Shown here piece by piece: positions 18,468 to 27,659 of a DNA stretch of 34,510 bases (its first letter is position 1; each line of letters begins with the position of its first letter). The translations under genes and the position numbers were made by a program. The stretch lies in contig JAMWCM010000001.1 in the NCBI GenBank assembly GCA_023818355.1, positions 1 to 34,510 of the forward strand, written 5' to 3'. The DNA comes from Candidatus Omnitrophota bacterium (GTDB lineage: Bacteria; Omnitrophota; Gorgyraeia; DTHP01). The notes under the pieces are model-generated. The model did not search any database and was not told the origin of the DNA. It worked only from the letters and a program-made list of their open reading frames with translations.

Positions 18468-19987
18468 TTGGTTTGGCTTTAATTCTTTTATTAATTTTTC
18501 TTTATCCCTTTTATCTGCGCCTATTTTCTCTACCGCAGGAGCAAAAAACTGTAGAAATCCCGCAAATCATCTCCCAAAAAGATTCTCAAGCGCAACCCAT
18601 TGATTTAATAGAAATTAAAAATTATGATACGGTTCATGATACAGTTCTGGGAAATAAATATCTGGAGATAAAAACCTCCAGCCAAGGTGCAGGAATATCT
18701 CTGATACGGTTGATACTGTTCAATTTAAGTATATATAATTCAAATGATTATAATAAAAATCTCTTTTTTTTCGCGGAACCATTTCTAAATTATGCCCTGA
18801 ATAAGGCAATTTATACTTATACTGAAAAAGAAAACAGCGTAACTTACTCTTTAAACCTTCCAGGGCAGTTTGCCTTAGAAAAAATTTTTACCTTGGAAAA
18901 AGATACTTATTTATTAAAATTTACCCTGCGCATAAAAAACCTCCAAGATAAGCCTTTGCCACTTAACCTGAGCTTGCGCGGAGGAGAAAATTTCTCTTCT
19001 CAGGAGCTAGGGGAAGAGCGCTATGGAGAGATTGTTTATGCTCAACAAGAAAAAATAAAGCATGAATTTCTGCGCCAGATACCCCATTCCCGGCTTTATC
19101 TTGGCCCGCTTGCTTGGTTTGCAGTGAAGAGTAAATATTTTGTGGAAATATTTGTTCCTTCTTCCTCCGGAGTTGCTTTTACTGTGCGGCACCCTTCTCC
19201 TCAACAATGGGAAGTTATTTCTCAACTGCCCCTCATCCTGCTTTCTCCCGGTGAGACCAGGGAAGAGAATTTTTTAATTTATTTTGGCCCCCTTGACGAG
19301 GATATCCTCAAACAATACAATCCACATTGGAAAGAAATTGTGTATTATGGAATGTTTGACAGCATTGCGAAGTCCATTCTTAAACTCCTAAAACTGGGAT
19401 TTCTCCTTTTTAAGAATTATGGTTGGGCAATTATCTTCCTTTCTCTTTTAGTAAATTTGTTACTTTTTCCTTTCACCTGGAAGAGTATGAAAGCAATGCA
19501 GGCTTTACAGCGTCTCCAACCCCAAATAGAACAGTTGCGCAAAATCTATAGTCAGGATCCTCCGAGATTAAATCGGGAAATCCTGGAACTTTATCGTAAA
19601 CATAAAGTAAATCCCTTAGGAGGATGCCTTCCTTTATTTTTGCAGATGCCCATCTTTATTTCCCTTTATCAGGTGCTTGTGCGGGCAATTGAATTAAAAG
19701 GGGCAAAATTTCTCTGGATAAAAGACCTTTCCCTTCCCGATGCGCTCATTACTTTTCCCCAAAAGTTTTTTTTCATCAATTCTCTTAATTTACTTCCTTT
19801 ACTTATGGCCGGAGCAGTTTTTCTCCAACAGAAGAAAACGCAAGTTTATTCTTCCCAAAAACAAACGCTCTGGTTTATGCCTCTATTCTTAGGTTTTATT
19901 TTTTATAATTTTCCTGCGGGAGTGGTGCTTTATTGGTTGACCAGTAGCGGATTAAATTTATGTTTTTCAGGGAAATTCCTAAAATAA
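18449..19987 (+). CDS. yidC: membrane protein insertase YidC (long, diderm-type with periplasmic domain)
   Basis: 512 aa with an N-terminal TM helix, a large P1-like domain and the conserved C-terminal core (YGWAIIFLSLLVNLLLFPFTWKSMKAM...NPLGGCLPLFLQMPIF). Confidence 0.95.
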   Translation: MEKRSLIGLALILLLIFLYPFYLRLFSLPQEQKTVEIPQIISQKDSQAQPIDLIEIKNYDTVHDTVLGNKYLEIKTSSQGAGISLIRLILFNLSIYNSNDYNKNLFFFAEPFLNYALNKAIYTYTEKENSVTYSLNLPGQFALEKIFTLEKDTYLLKFTLRIKNLQDKPLPLNLSLRGGENFSSQELGEERYGEIVYAQQEKIKHEFLRQIPHSRLYLGPLAWFAVKSKYFVEIFVPSSSGVAFTVRHPSPQQWEVISQLPLILLSPGETREENFLIYFGPLDEDILKQYNPHWKEIVYYGMFDSIAKSILKLLKLGFLLFKNYGWAIIFLSLLVNLLLFPFTWKSMKAMQALQRLQPQIEQLRKIYSQDPPRLNREILELYRKHKVNPLGGCLPLFLQMPIFISLYQVLVRAIELKGAKFLWIKDLSLPDALITFPQKFFFINSLNLLPLLMAGAVFLQQKKTQVYSSQKQTLWFMPLFLGFIFYNFPAGVVLYWLTSSGLNLCFSGKFLK

Positions 19988-19992
19988 GATTC

Positions 19993-20008
19993 TTTTTCAC
20001 GTGAAAAT
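19993..20008. promoter_or_regulatory. parS-like palindrome TTTTTCACGTGAAAAT
   Basis: A perfect 14-bp palindrome TTTTCACGTGAAAA sits 3 nt before the parA ATG. It matches the parS consensus TGTTTCACGTGAAACA at 13 of 16 positions. The G2/C15 pair is symmetrically replaced by T/A. Confidence 0.4.
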
Positions 20009-20010
20009 TT

Positions 20011-20808
20011 ATGGGCAAAATTGTGGCAATTTGTAATCAAAAAGGAGGGGTGGGGAAAACCACCACGGCGATCAATCTTTCGGTCTACATTGCTTCTCTG
20101 GGGAAAAAAGTATTGCTGATAGATTTAGACCCCCAAGGAAACACTACCAGTGGCTTAGGCATAGATAAACAGAAATTAAATAATACTATTTACGAAGTCC
20201 TCTTAGAAGAAATTACCTTAGAAGAGATAATTTTGCCTACTTCTTTAGAGAATCTTAAAATCGTTCCTGCGCGCTTGGAATTAATTGGGGCAGAAGTGGA
20301 GTTGGGGAGAATAGAAAGAGGGCAGTTTCAGTTGAAAAATTCTCTGGAGAAGATTCACTCCCATTTTGATTTCCTTTTTATTGATTTACCTCCTTCCTTG
20401 GGTCTCTTAACCGTGAATGGGCTTACCGCGGCACATTCGGCGCTTATCCCTGTGCAATGTGAATATTATGCCTTAGAAGGTTTAAGCCAATTCCTTATTA
20501 CCTTGGAAAGGATAAAGCAGGCATTTAATCCCTTTTTATCCATTGAAGGAATTTTACTTACGATGGCAGACCAGCGGACCAATCTGAGCCAGGAGGTAAT
20601 TGCGGAGGCGCGCCAGCATTTTGGCAAGGAGGTTTATCAGACAGTAATCCCCCGGAGTGTTCGGCTAAGTGAAGCCCCGGGATTTGGGAAACCGGTTTTT
20701 CTTTATGCTCCGGAATCTTCAGGAGCCTTAAAATATAAAGAACTCGCTGAGGAATTCCTTTTGCGCAATGCGGAGGTTAAGGTGAATTTTATTTCTCAGA
20801 ATGTTTAA
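20011..20808 (+). CDS. parA: chromosome partitioning ATPase ParA/Soj
   Basis: 265 aa with the deviant Walker A motif NQKGGVGKTTTAINL. Confidence 0.95.
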   Translation: MGKIVAICNQKGGVGKTTTAINLSVYIASLGKKVLLIDLDPQGNTTSGLGIDKQKLNNTIYEVLLEEITLEEIILPTSLENLKIVPARLELIGAEVELGRIERGQFQLKNSLEKIHSHFDFLFIDLPPSLGLLTVNGLTAAHSALIPVQCEYYALEGLSQFLITLERIKQAFNPFLSIEGILLTMADQRTNLSQEVIAEARQHFGKEVYQTVIPRSVRLSEAPGFGKPVFLYAPESSGALKYKELAEEFLLRNAEVKVNFISQNV

Positions 20809-20820
20809 AAAGAGGTGAAA

Positions 20821-21675
20821 ATGGAGAAGAAGAGAGCCTTAGGCAGGGGATTAGATGCTTTAATCCCCCTTCCTCCCCAAGAGCGGGCTGAAACGCAAGC
20901 AATTATAAATGTTAATGTTACAGAGATAGTTTCTAATAAATATCAACCAAGGCAGAATTTCGCTACTTCTGGGATGCAAGAATTAATTGCTTCTATCCGG
21001 GAAAAGGGTTTTTTGCAACCCTTGGTAGTGCGCCGCACCGCAGAAGGGTATGAGCTGATTGCCGGAGAAAGACGTTTGCGGGCGGCTAAGGAGTTAGGAT
21101 TGACGCAAGTTCCTGTAATTGTTAAAGATGTGGAAAAAGAAGCAGATTTATTAGAACTGGCTTTGGTGGAAAATCTCCAGCGCGAAGATTTAAATCCTCT
21201 GGAAAAGGCCTTTGCCTATAAAAGATTGATTGAAGAATTAGGGATAAGTCAAGAAGAGGTGGCGCAGAAAGTGGGAAAAGATGTAGTTTCTATTGTGAAT
21301 ACGCTACGTCTGCTTAAATTACCTGCCCCGGTTCAGGAAAAGATTGCTCAGGGAGAATTGAGTGAAGGTCATGGCCGGGCCATTCTTTCTTTGGAAGAAC
21401 CACAGGCACAGATAAATTTTGCGGAGGAAATCCTTAGGGAAGGGCTTTCGGTGCGGGAAGCAGAAAATAGAGTGCGGAAATTAAAGGGAAGAAAGAAAAG
21501 AAAAGTGGTTTCCCCTTCTCAAAAAGATCCGCAGTTAAGAGTCTGGGAGGAGGAATTGCAACATATTTTTGGCACAAAGGTGCGCATCCGCCATCAGCGA
21601 CAGCGGGGAAAGATTGAACTGGAATACTATTCCCTTAAGGATTTGGAGCGTTTAATTTCACTTTTAAAGAGGTAA
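20821..21675 (+). CDS. parB: chromosome partitioning protein ParB/Spo0J
   Basis: RALGRGLDALI N-terminus, GERRLRAAKELG (ParB box II) and an HTH region. The ATG at 20821 has an AGAGG SD at 6-nt spacing. The track's GTG at 20815 is probably 2 codons too long. Confidence 0.94.
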   Translation: MEKKRALGRGLDALIPLPPQERAETQAIINVNVTEIVSNKYQPRQNFATSGMQELIASIREKGFLQPLVVRRTAEGYELIAGERRLRAAKELGLTQVPVIVKDVEKEADLLELALVENLQREDLNPLEKAFAYKRLIEELGISQEEVAQKVGKDVVSIVNTLRLLKLPAPVQEKIAQGELSEGHGRAILSLEEPQAQINFAEEILREGLSVREAENRVRKLKGRKKRKVVSPSQKDPQLRVWEEELQHIFGTKVRIRHQRQRGKIELEYYSLKDLERLISLLKR

Positions 21676-21684
21676 GAAGGAACT

Positions 21685-22185
21685 ATGGTAGAGCAGACCT
21701 TAGTGATTATCAAACCCGATGGCTTAAAGAAATCGCTTACCGGAAACATCCTTACCCGGCTTTCAGAAACCAAGTTGGAAATTATTGGAGCAAAAATTGT
21801 ACGCGTTTCCCGGGAATTGGCAGAAAAGCACTATGCCCATATGCGCGATAAACCATTTTTTGAGGACCTAATTAAATATATTCAGGGAGAATTTCATGGC
21901 CGGCGCAAGGTGATGGCTTTAGTCTACTGGGGAGAAGAGGCGATTAGAAAGGTTCGGGAAATCTGTGGGGCAACTAATCCTGAAGAGGCAGACCCGACGA
22001 CTATCCGGGGTGCTTATGGAAGAATTACGACCAAAGGGGTTTATGAAAATGTGATTCATGCCTCCCGGGATAACCAGGAGGCAGAACGGGAGATAAAACT
22101 CTGGTTCTCTCCGGAGGAGTTGATTGTGGAGGTTTATCCCACCAAGGTTGTGGAGGAGAAAGTTAAAAAGAAGGTTTGGGCATAG
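21685..22185 (+). CDS. ndk: nucleoside-diphosphate kinase
   Basis: 166 aa with TLVIIKPDG..., TIRGAYG and NVIHAS (catalytic His). It carries a short Lys/Glu-rich C-terminal extension. Confidence 0.9.
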   Translation: MVEQTLVIIKPDGLKKSLTGNILTRLSETKLEIIGAKIVRVSRELAEKHYAHMRDKPFFEDLIKYIQGEFHGRRKVMALVYWGEEAIRKVREICGATNPEEADPTTIRGAYGRITTKGVYENVIHASRDNQEAEREIKLWFSPEELIVEVYPTKVVEEKVKKKVWA

Positions 22186-22208
22186 AATCTGAGAAAAGGA
22201 GTTTTTCA

Positions 22209-23087
22209 ATGCTCAAAGGGATGACCGGATTTGCCAAAGCCGAGGGAAGAATTAAAGGGGGTATATTAAGTATTGAAATAAAATCCTTTAATCATCGGTT
22301 CTTTGAGGTAGTTACCCGCCTACCCCCAGAACTTTCCCTTTATGAAGAAGAGATAAAGCGTCGGCTTAAAGAGAAGGTTCGGCGGGGTGCGCTCAATGTC
22401 CTTTTTATCTATTCTCCGCAAAGGGGGGCTCTTAAGAAAAGGGTCCTCTGGGATGAGGGACTGGTGAAACAATACCATCGGCTGGCGAAGATGATTACCC
22501 AGAGATTAGGTTTAAAAGACGCTTTGACGGTAAATAACCTTCTTACGCTTCCGGGGGTTCTGATTTATGAAGAAAAAAGTGTAGACCTTAGTGGAGAATG
22601 GAAGGCGTGTAGGAAAATCCTTGAGCAGGCAATAGTGAAACTCCTTAAGGCAAAAGAAAGTGAAGGAAAATCTTTACTTAAAGACATCTCCCGTAATCTC
22701 CACTTTATGGAAGATTCTTTGAGAAAGATTGCCCAGCGCACAGAAAGGCGTGCTCGGGAATTTAGGGAGAAATTTCAGAAAAAGTTTGAAGCCTTAACCC
22801 AGGAAGAAATTCCTGAAGAAAAACTGGTGGAGGAGACCGGTTTTTTTCTGCGGAATACCGATATTTCCGAAGAGATTGTGCGGGCGAAGAACCACCTTCG
22901 GGATATGAAGAGCCTATTGAAGAAGGGAGAAGAGGTGGGAAGGAAATTGGATTTTATTGCCCAGGAGATTTTCCGTGAGGTAAATACCATGGGCGCAAAG
23001 GCTAATGACTACTTTATTTCCCGGGAAGTGGTTTTGCTTAAATCTTTTATTGAAAAGATTCGTGAACAGGGGCAGAACCTGGAATGA
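22209..23087 (+). CDS. yicC: YicC/YloC family protein
   Basis: MLKGMTGFAK...SIEIKSFNHRFFEV N-terminal domain and the C-terminal DUF1732 motif GRKLDFIAQEIFREVNTMGAKAND. The ATG at 22209 is preceded by AAAGGAG. The track start at 22176 overlaps ndk. Confidence 0.88.
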   Translation: MLKGMTGFAKAEGRIKGGILSIEIKSFNHRFFEVVTRLPPELSLYEEEIKRRLKEKVRRGALNVLFIYSPQRGALKKRVLWDEGLVKQYHRLAKMITQRLGLKDALTVNNLLTLPGVLIYEEKSVDLSGEWKACRKILEQAIVKLLKAKESEGKSLLKDISRNLHFMEDSLRKIAQRTERRAREFREKFQKKFEALTQEEIPEEKLVEETGFFLRNTDISEEIVRAKNHLRDMKSLLKKGEEVGRKLDFIAQEIFREVNTMGAKANDYFISREVVLLKSFIEKIREQGQNLE

Positions 23088-23326
23088 AACTCTTGGATAT
23101 TGGCTTTAACAATACGGTGAGTTTAGATAAAGTGGTTGCGGTGGTTTCTGCAGAAGCAGCGCCAATGAAGCGGTTGCGCGAGGAGGCAAAACGGGAGGGT
23201 AGACTTATTGATGCTACCAATGGACGGAAGACACGGACAATAATTATTACCACCTCCAATCATATAATTCTTTCCGGAATTAATCCCCAGACTTTAGCGG
23301 AGAGGATGAAGACGGAAAGGTTGTAA
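23084..23326 (+). CDS. remA: DUF370 / RemA (YlzA) family protein
   Basis: 80 aa with IGFNNTVSLDKVVAVVSAEAAPMKRL...GRLIDATNGRKTRTIIITTSNHIILS. Same yloC-ylzA-gmk-rpoZ-coaBC order as Bacillus subtilis. Confidence 0.85.
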   Translation: MKLLDIGFNNTVSLDKVVAVVSAEAAPMKRLREEAKREGRLIDATNGRKTRTIIITTSNHIILSGINPQTLAERMKTERL

Positions 23327-23905
23327 ATGGGGAAGAGAAAGGGTTTACTCTTTGTAATTTCTGGACCTTCCGGTTGTGGAAAGACAACCCTGGGGGAGAA
23401 AATTCTTTCCGGGGATAAAAATTTGGTGCGTTCGGTTTCGGTAACCACCCGGCCAAGACGTAAAGGGGAAAAAGAAGGCAGGGAATATTTCTTTGTCTCC
23501 GAGAAAGAATTTACAAGATTGAGAGAGGAGGATAGCTTCTTAGAATGGGCAAAGATTTTTGGTTATTTTTATGGCACGCCTAAGGAATTTGTTTTAAAAA
23601 ATATAAATCAGGGGAAGGATGTAATTTTAATTATTGATGTGCAGGGAGCAAGGCAGGTGAGAAAAAAGTTTCCTCAGGCAATCTCTATTTTTCTTACTCC
23701 GCCCTCCCTGAAAACCTTGCAAGAAAGACTGAAAAAAAGGAGATTGGATGGCCCAGGAGAAATAGAAAAACGGCTTCAGCAGGCAGAAAAAGAATTGCGC
23801 TCCCAAAGAGAATACGATTACATTGTAATGAATAAGGACCTAGATAAGGCAACAGAATTACTTAGCGCCATTATTAGTTTAGAAAGAATTAAATTCCGGA
23901 GGTAA
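23327..23905 (+). CDS. gmk: guanylate kinase
   Basis: 192 aa with the P-loop ISGPSGCGKTT, TTRPRRKGEKEGREYFF, and EWAKIFGYFYGTP. Confidence 0.95.
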   Translation: MGKRKGLLFVISGPSGCGKTTLGEKILSGDKNLVRSVSVTTRPRRKGEKEGREYFFVSEKEFTRLREEDSFLEWAKIFGYFYGTPKEFVLKNINQGKDVILIIDVQGARQVRKKFPQAISIFLTPPSLKTLQERLKKRRLDGPGEIEKRLQQAEKELRSQREYDYIVMNKDLDKATELLSAIISLERIKFRR

Positions 23906-23909
23906 ACTT

Positions 23910-24116
23910 ATGGCTTATGTTCCTCTTGAAAAGGTTCTTAAAAATGTAGAGAGTATTTATAAAGCGGTCAATTTAGCCAGTAAGCGGGCAATAGAGCTGA
24001 ATGAAGGTGCTCCCAAACTGGTAAATGTGAATTCCACAAAACTCTCTAGCATTGCTCTGGAAGAGATTATGCAGGGAAAGATTAAGTATAAAAAAATTAA
24101 GAAAGAAGGGAAATGA
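23910..24116 (+). CDS. rpoZ: DNA-directed RNA polymerase subunit omega
   Basis: 68 aa with ...SIYKAVNLASKRAIELNEGA. Conserved position after gmk. Confidence 0.85.
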   Translation: MAYVPLEKVLKNVESIYKAVNLASKRAIELNEGAPKLVNVNSTKLSSIALEEIMQGKIKYKKIKKEGK

Positions 24117-24649
24117 AAAAAGAAATCATCCTCGGGGTTACGGGAAGTATTGCCATATATAAGTCATTAGAATTGATTAACTTATTGAAAAACAAAGGAT
24201 TTAATATTACGGTGATTATGACTAAAGAGGCGGAGGAATTGATTAAGCCCTTAACTTTTCAGGTGGTTTCGGAGAATCCGGTTTTTCGGGAGATGTTTCT
24301 CCCGGTAAAGGAAAATGCTCTTTTACACATTCATCTCGCGGATAAAGGAGATTTAATCCTTATCTGTCCCGCTACTGCCAATATTATTGGGAAGATTGCC
24401 GGTGGTATCTCTGACGACCTCTTAACCTGCACCATTTTTTCTACAAAGGCTCCGGTAATCTTCTGTCCGGCAATGAATACCCAGATGTATAAAAATAAGA
24501 TTGTTCAAGAAAATATCCGTAAATTGGAAAAAATGGGATATGAATTTATAGGGCCGGTTAAAGGAAGACTTGCCTGTGGGAAGGTGGGTCTGGGACATTT
24601 AGCGCCCTTGGAAATGATTGTTGAAGGGGTATTAAAAAAATTGGGATGA
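24113..24649 (+). CDS. coaC: phosphopantothenoylcysteine decarboxylase (flavoprotein, stand-alone CoaC)
   Basis: 178 aa with ILGVTGSIAIYKSLELI, the PAMN motif (CPAMNTQMY) and ACG. It ends in TGA, overlapping the coaB ATG (ATGA). Confidence 0.88.
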   Translation: MKKEIILGVTGSIAIYKSLELINLLKNKGFNITVIMTKEAEELIKPLTFQVVSENPVFREMFLPVKENALLHIHLADKGDLILICPATANIIGKIAGGISDDLLTCTIFSTKAPVIFCPAMNTQMYKNKIVQENIRKLEKMGYEFIGPVKGRLACGKVGLGHLAPLEMIVEGVLKKLG

Positions 24650-25287
24650 AGAAGTCCCGCCATATGCTCATCACTGCTGGTCCTACCCGTGAGCCCCTGG
24701 ATGCGGTAAGATTTATTTCCAATTACTCTACGGGAACCCTGGGCTATTGTCTGGCTGAAGAGGCAAAAAGAAAAGGTTATAAAGTTACTTTAATCAGTGG
24801 ACCGACGCATTTAAAACCTCCTAAGGGGGTTAATTTTGTTTCCGTAAACACTGCCTTAGAGATGTATAGAAAAGTAAAGGAAGGTTTTCCTTTCTGCGAT
24901 TGTTTAATTATGACGGCAGCAGTCGGCGATTTTCAACCGGAAAAGATTTTTAGGAGAAAAATTAAAAAAGAGGGAAAGGAGAATTTAAACTTAAGGCTGA
25001 AGAAAACTCCGGATATTCTTTATGAAATGGGGAAAATTAAAAAAAATAAAATTTTAATTGGTTTCTCCTTGGAGACAGAAAATTTAATCAGAAATGCTCA
25101 AGAGAAATTGCGTAAAAAAAACCTGGATTTAATCATTGCCCAGAAAATGGACAGAAATAAATCCCCTTTTGGAGAAAACAAGGTTTCCCCCATTTTTATT
25201 TACAAGGATGGCTCATCCCAGAAAATCCCTCTCTGTTCCAAATCCCAGTTAGCCAAAATAATTCTTAAAGAAATAGATTTTTTATAA
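24646..25287 (+). CDS. coaB: phosphopantothenate--cysteine ligase (stand-alone CoaB)
   Basis: 213 aa with LITAGPTREPLDAVRFISNYSTGTLG and AAVGDF motifs. Confidence 0.88.
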   Translation: MKKSRHMLITAGPTREPLDAVRFISNYSTGTLGYCLAEEAKRKGYKVTLISGPTHLKPPKGVNFVSVNTALEMYRKVKEGFPFCDCLIMTAAVGDFQPEKIFRRKIKKEGKENLNLRLKKTPDILYEMGKIKKNKILIGFSLETENLIRNAQEKLRKKNLDLIIAQKMDRNKSPFGENKVSPIFIYKDGSSQKIPLCSKSQLAKIILKEIDFL

Positions 25288-25298
25288 AAATCCCAAAA

Positions 25299-26930
25299 TT
25301 ATCTTCCCAATTTTAACTGGAGTTTTTCTAAGTGAGAGACTAAATGCGCACGCTTTTTTAATTCTCCAAACCAGGTTTCAAACTGCTCCTGCTGTTTTTT
25401 GGCTAAAATCTTTTTTCGGAAGTCATCTTTCTCTTTCTCAAATTCCTCTTCATTTATAGAAGTTTTTTCTTCAAGACGGAGAATCACAAAACCCCTTTCG
25501 GTTTTTACCGGTTGGGGAGCAATTTGCTGTGGTTGAAGGGAAAAACCGATGCGCATGAATTCTTCAGATTTCCCAATCCCCGGAAGATAGCCTTCGCGGC
25601 TAATAAGCTCTGTGGTTGTAGGCTGGAGTTGAAATCCCTCACCAATCTCCTCCCACTTTTTCTCTCCTACCTCCTTAAGTATCCTCTCTGCTTTCTCCTG
25701 GGCTAATTTTTCTGCCTTTTCCTTTTTTAAAAGTTCTTCCACCTTAGCTTTCACTTCCTTAAATTCCGGAATATAAGCCGATTTTCTCTCCTTTACTTTA
25801 AGAAAAATATAGCCTCCCTGGCTTTCAATGGGCTCAGAAATCTCTCCCTCTTTGAGTTGGAAAGCGTAATTATAAAATTTTAAATTAAAGCCAATCTCCG
25901 GGAGAGGTGTGTCCAGAGAGAAGTAGTCAGTTTCTTTAAACAAAACTTTATATTTTTCTGCCAGTTCTTTTAAGTTTGCTTGGGGAGTTAATTCTCCGAG
26001 GAGTTCATTCTTAATCTCCTCTACTTTATCGTTTACTTTCTCATTAATTAGGCGATTTCTAATACCATTTTTTATCTCCTCGGTTAATATAGATTCAGAA
26101 CCAGGTAGAGGAGTTTCTCCCGGGGTTGGTGAAGGTTGAGGAGAGGGAGTAAACTCCTGTTTATGGGCTGTAAAATATGTTTCAATCTCTGCTTCCGAAA
26201 TCGTTATTTCCTTCTCCAGTTCTTTTGGGTCTATAAAAATATATTCTACCTTTACCGTCTCGGGCTTGCGTAAATTTTCTCTATGGAGATGGTAATAATC
26301 AAGGAGTTCATCATCTTTTTTTATTTCTACTTCATTAAGGAAGTCCTTTGTCTCAATGATAAAATAAGAGAATTTTGCCAATTCCTTTTCTCTGACATAT
26401 TCCTCTTGCAATTCCTTTTCAGTGAGTTCTGTTTGATTATAGATTTTATCCACAAGTTTGGAAATCCTTAGAGAGTCACGCATCTCCTCTTCAAATCTTA
26501 AGGGGTTTGTGCGCAGATAATATTTTAAAACCCAATCATATACTTGAGGGTCAAACTTCCCCTCCTTCTGAAAAAGGGGAAGATTGCGCAGCCGTTCAAT
26601 TAACTCTTCATCCTTTATTTTTATCTTCTGCCTTTTGGCTTCCTTTAAGAGAATAATTCTATCCCATGCCTGATTGTCCAGATCTAAGTATTGAACAATC
26701 TGTTCAAAGAATCTTCCATAGAGAAGCAGAGCCTGATTCCTTACTGCTTCCCAGTTTCTTAAATATTCTTCTAAACTTACCTTTTGATTAAACACCTTTC
26801 CGGCTATGCCCTGAGAACCTCCACGGAGCATCGCTCCCCCTCCCCAGAGCACAAAAGCCGGGATGAGGATAATTGCTAGAATCCACATCACCGCTTTTAC
26901 ATTTTCTTTTTTACGCATTGCCTTGAGCAT
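25299..26930 (-). CDS. ppiD: PpiD-like periplasmic chaperone (N-terminal membrane anchor, SurA-N-like and degenerate parvulin regions)
   Basis: 543 aa. N-terminal anchor MLKAMRKKENVKAVMWILAIILIPAFVLWGGG, then a long helical/acidic body with a Pro-rich linker (PSPQPSPTPGETPLPG), and a parvulin-like stretch AFQLKEGEISEPIESQGGYIFLKV. Confidence 0.7.
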   Translation of the reverse strand: MLKAMRKKENVKAVMWILAIILIPAFVLWGGGAMLRGGSQGIAGKVFNQKVSLEEYLRNWEAVRNQALLLYGRFFEQIVQYLDLDNQAWDRIILLKEAKRQKIKIKDEELIERLRNLPLFQKEGKFDPQVYDWVLKYYLRTNPLRFEEEMRDSLRISKLVDKIYNQTELTEKELQEEYVREKELAKFSYFIIETKDFLNEVEIKKDDELLDYYHLHRENLRKPETVKVEYIFIDPKELEKEITISEAEIETYFTAHKQEFTPSPQPSPTPGETPLPGSESILTEEIKNGIRNRLINEKVNDKVEEIKNELLGELTPQANLKELAEKYKVLFKETDYFSLDTPLPEIGFNLKFYNYAFQLKEGEISEPIESQGGYIFLKVKERKSAYIPEFKEVKAKVEELLKKEKAEKLAQEKAERILKEVGEKKWEEIGEGFQLQPTTTELISREGYLPGIGKSEEFMRIGFSLQPQQIAPQPVKTERGFVILRLEEKTSINEEEFEKEKDDFRKKILAKKQQEQFETWFGELKKRAHLVSHLEKLQLKLGR

Positions 26931-26956
26931 CTTTTCTCCTTTCTTTTATTTTAAAT

Positions 26957-26985
26957 ATCATACTACATTAATTTTTCTTTTACAA
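26957..26985 (-). promoter_or_regulatory. candidate ppiD promoter (TTGTAA-17 nt-TATGAT)
   Basis: Read on the minus strand. Followed by an AAAGGAG SD and the ATG at 26930. Confidence 0.4.
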
Positions 26986-26996
26986 ATAAAAAATAG

Positions 26997-27025
26997 TTGA
27001 AATTTTGGGAGGGGTAGAATATAAT
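26997..27025 (+). promoter_or_regulatory. candidate V-ATPase operon promoter (TTGAAA-17 nt-TATAAT)
   Basis: Direct reading. The -10 ends 24 nt before the subunit E ATG. An AAAGGAG SD follows. Confidence 0.5.
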
Positions 27026-27049
27026 AGGTAAAATAAAAAGGAGAAGAAA

Positions 27050-27658
27050 ATGGCTGAAGATATTCAGGGGCTTTTAAGAAAAATACAGGAAGAGGGAATC
27101 AGAAAGGCGGAAGAAAAAGCTGAACAGATTGAGCAGGAAGCAAGAAAAAAAGCAGAAGAGATTTTAAATCGGGCAGAGGAGGAGAAAGAAAGGTTAATCA
27201 AAGAAGCAGAAGAAAAAATTTCTCAGGAAGAAAATTATACAAGAACTTTACTTAAACAAACAATAAGAGATTTTTTTCTTATTTTAAAAAAAGAGATAAA
27301 TTCCCTCTTGGAAAAGATTGTTTCCTTAGATATCCAGCAGAGTCTTAAACCTGAGGAATTAAGTAGAATTATTTCTACACTCATAAAAGAATATAAAGGG
27401 GAAAATTCTGAAATTTTGGTTTTGCTTAAGAAGGAGGATGCAGAAAGTATCCAGAACTATTTTTTAAATAGACTTAAGGAGGAGGTCAAAAAGGGCATTG
27501 TCATTAAACCTTCGGAGGAAATCAGTGGAGGCTTTCTCATCAGTTATGATGGAGGAAAATCTTTCTTTGATTTCAGTGAACGGGCACTGGCAGAATACAT
27601 TGGAAATTATCTTAAGCCGAAATTAAAGGATTTGCTTGAGGAAACATTTAAGGAATAA
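27050..27658 (+). CDS. ntpE: V-type ATPase subunit E (peripheral stalk)
   Basis: 202 aa with a long Lys/Glu/Ala coiled-coil N-terminus and a globular C-terminus (ISGGFLISYDGGKSFFDFSERAL). First gene of the operon. Confidence 0.8.
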   Translation: MAEDIQGLLRKIQEEGIRKAEEKAEQIEQEARKKAEEILNRAEEEKERLIKEAEEKISQEENYTRTLLKQTIRDFFLILKKEINSLLEKIVSLDIQQSLKPEELSRIISTLIKEYKGENSEILVLLKKEDAESIQNYFLNRLKEEVKKGIVIKPSEEISGGFLISYDGGKSFFDFSERALAEYIGNYLKPKLKDLLEETFKE

Positions 27659-27659
27659 A

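Noticed and set aside
25288-25298. A bidirectional terminator expected between the convergent coaB and ppiD genes.
   Set aside because: The gap is only 11 nt, and I could not find a convincing GC-rich hairpin in the flanking coding ends. No terminator is claimed.
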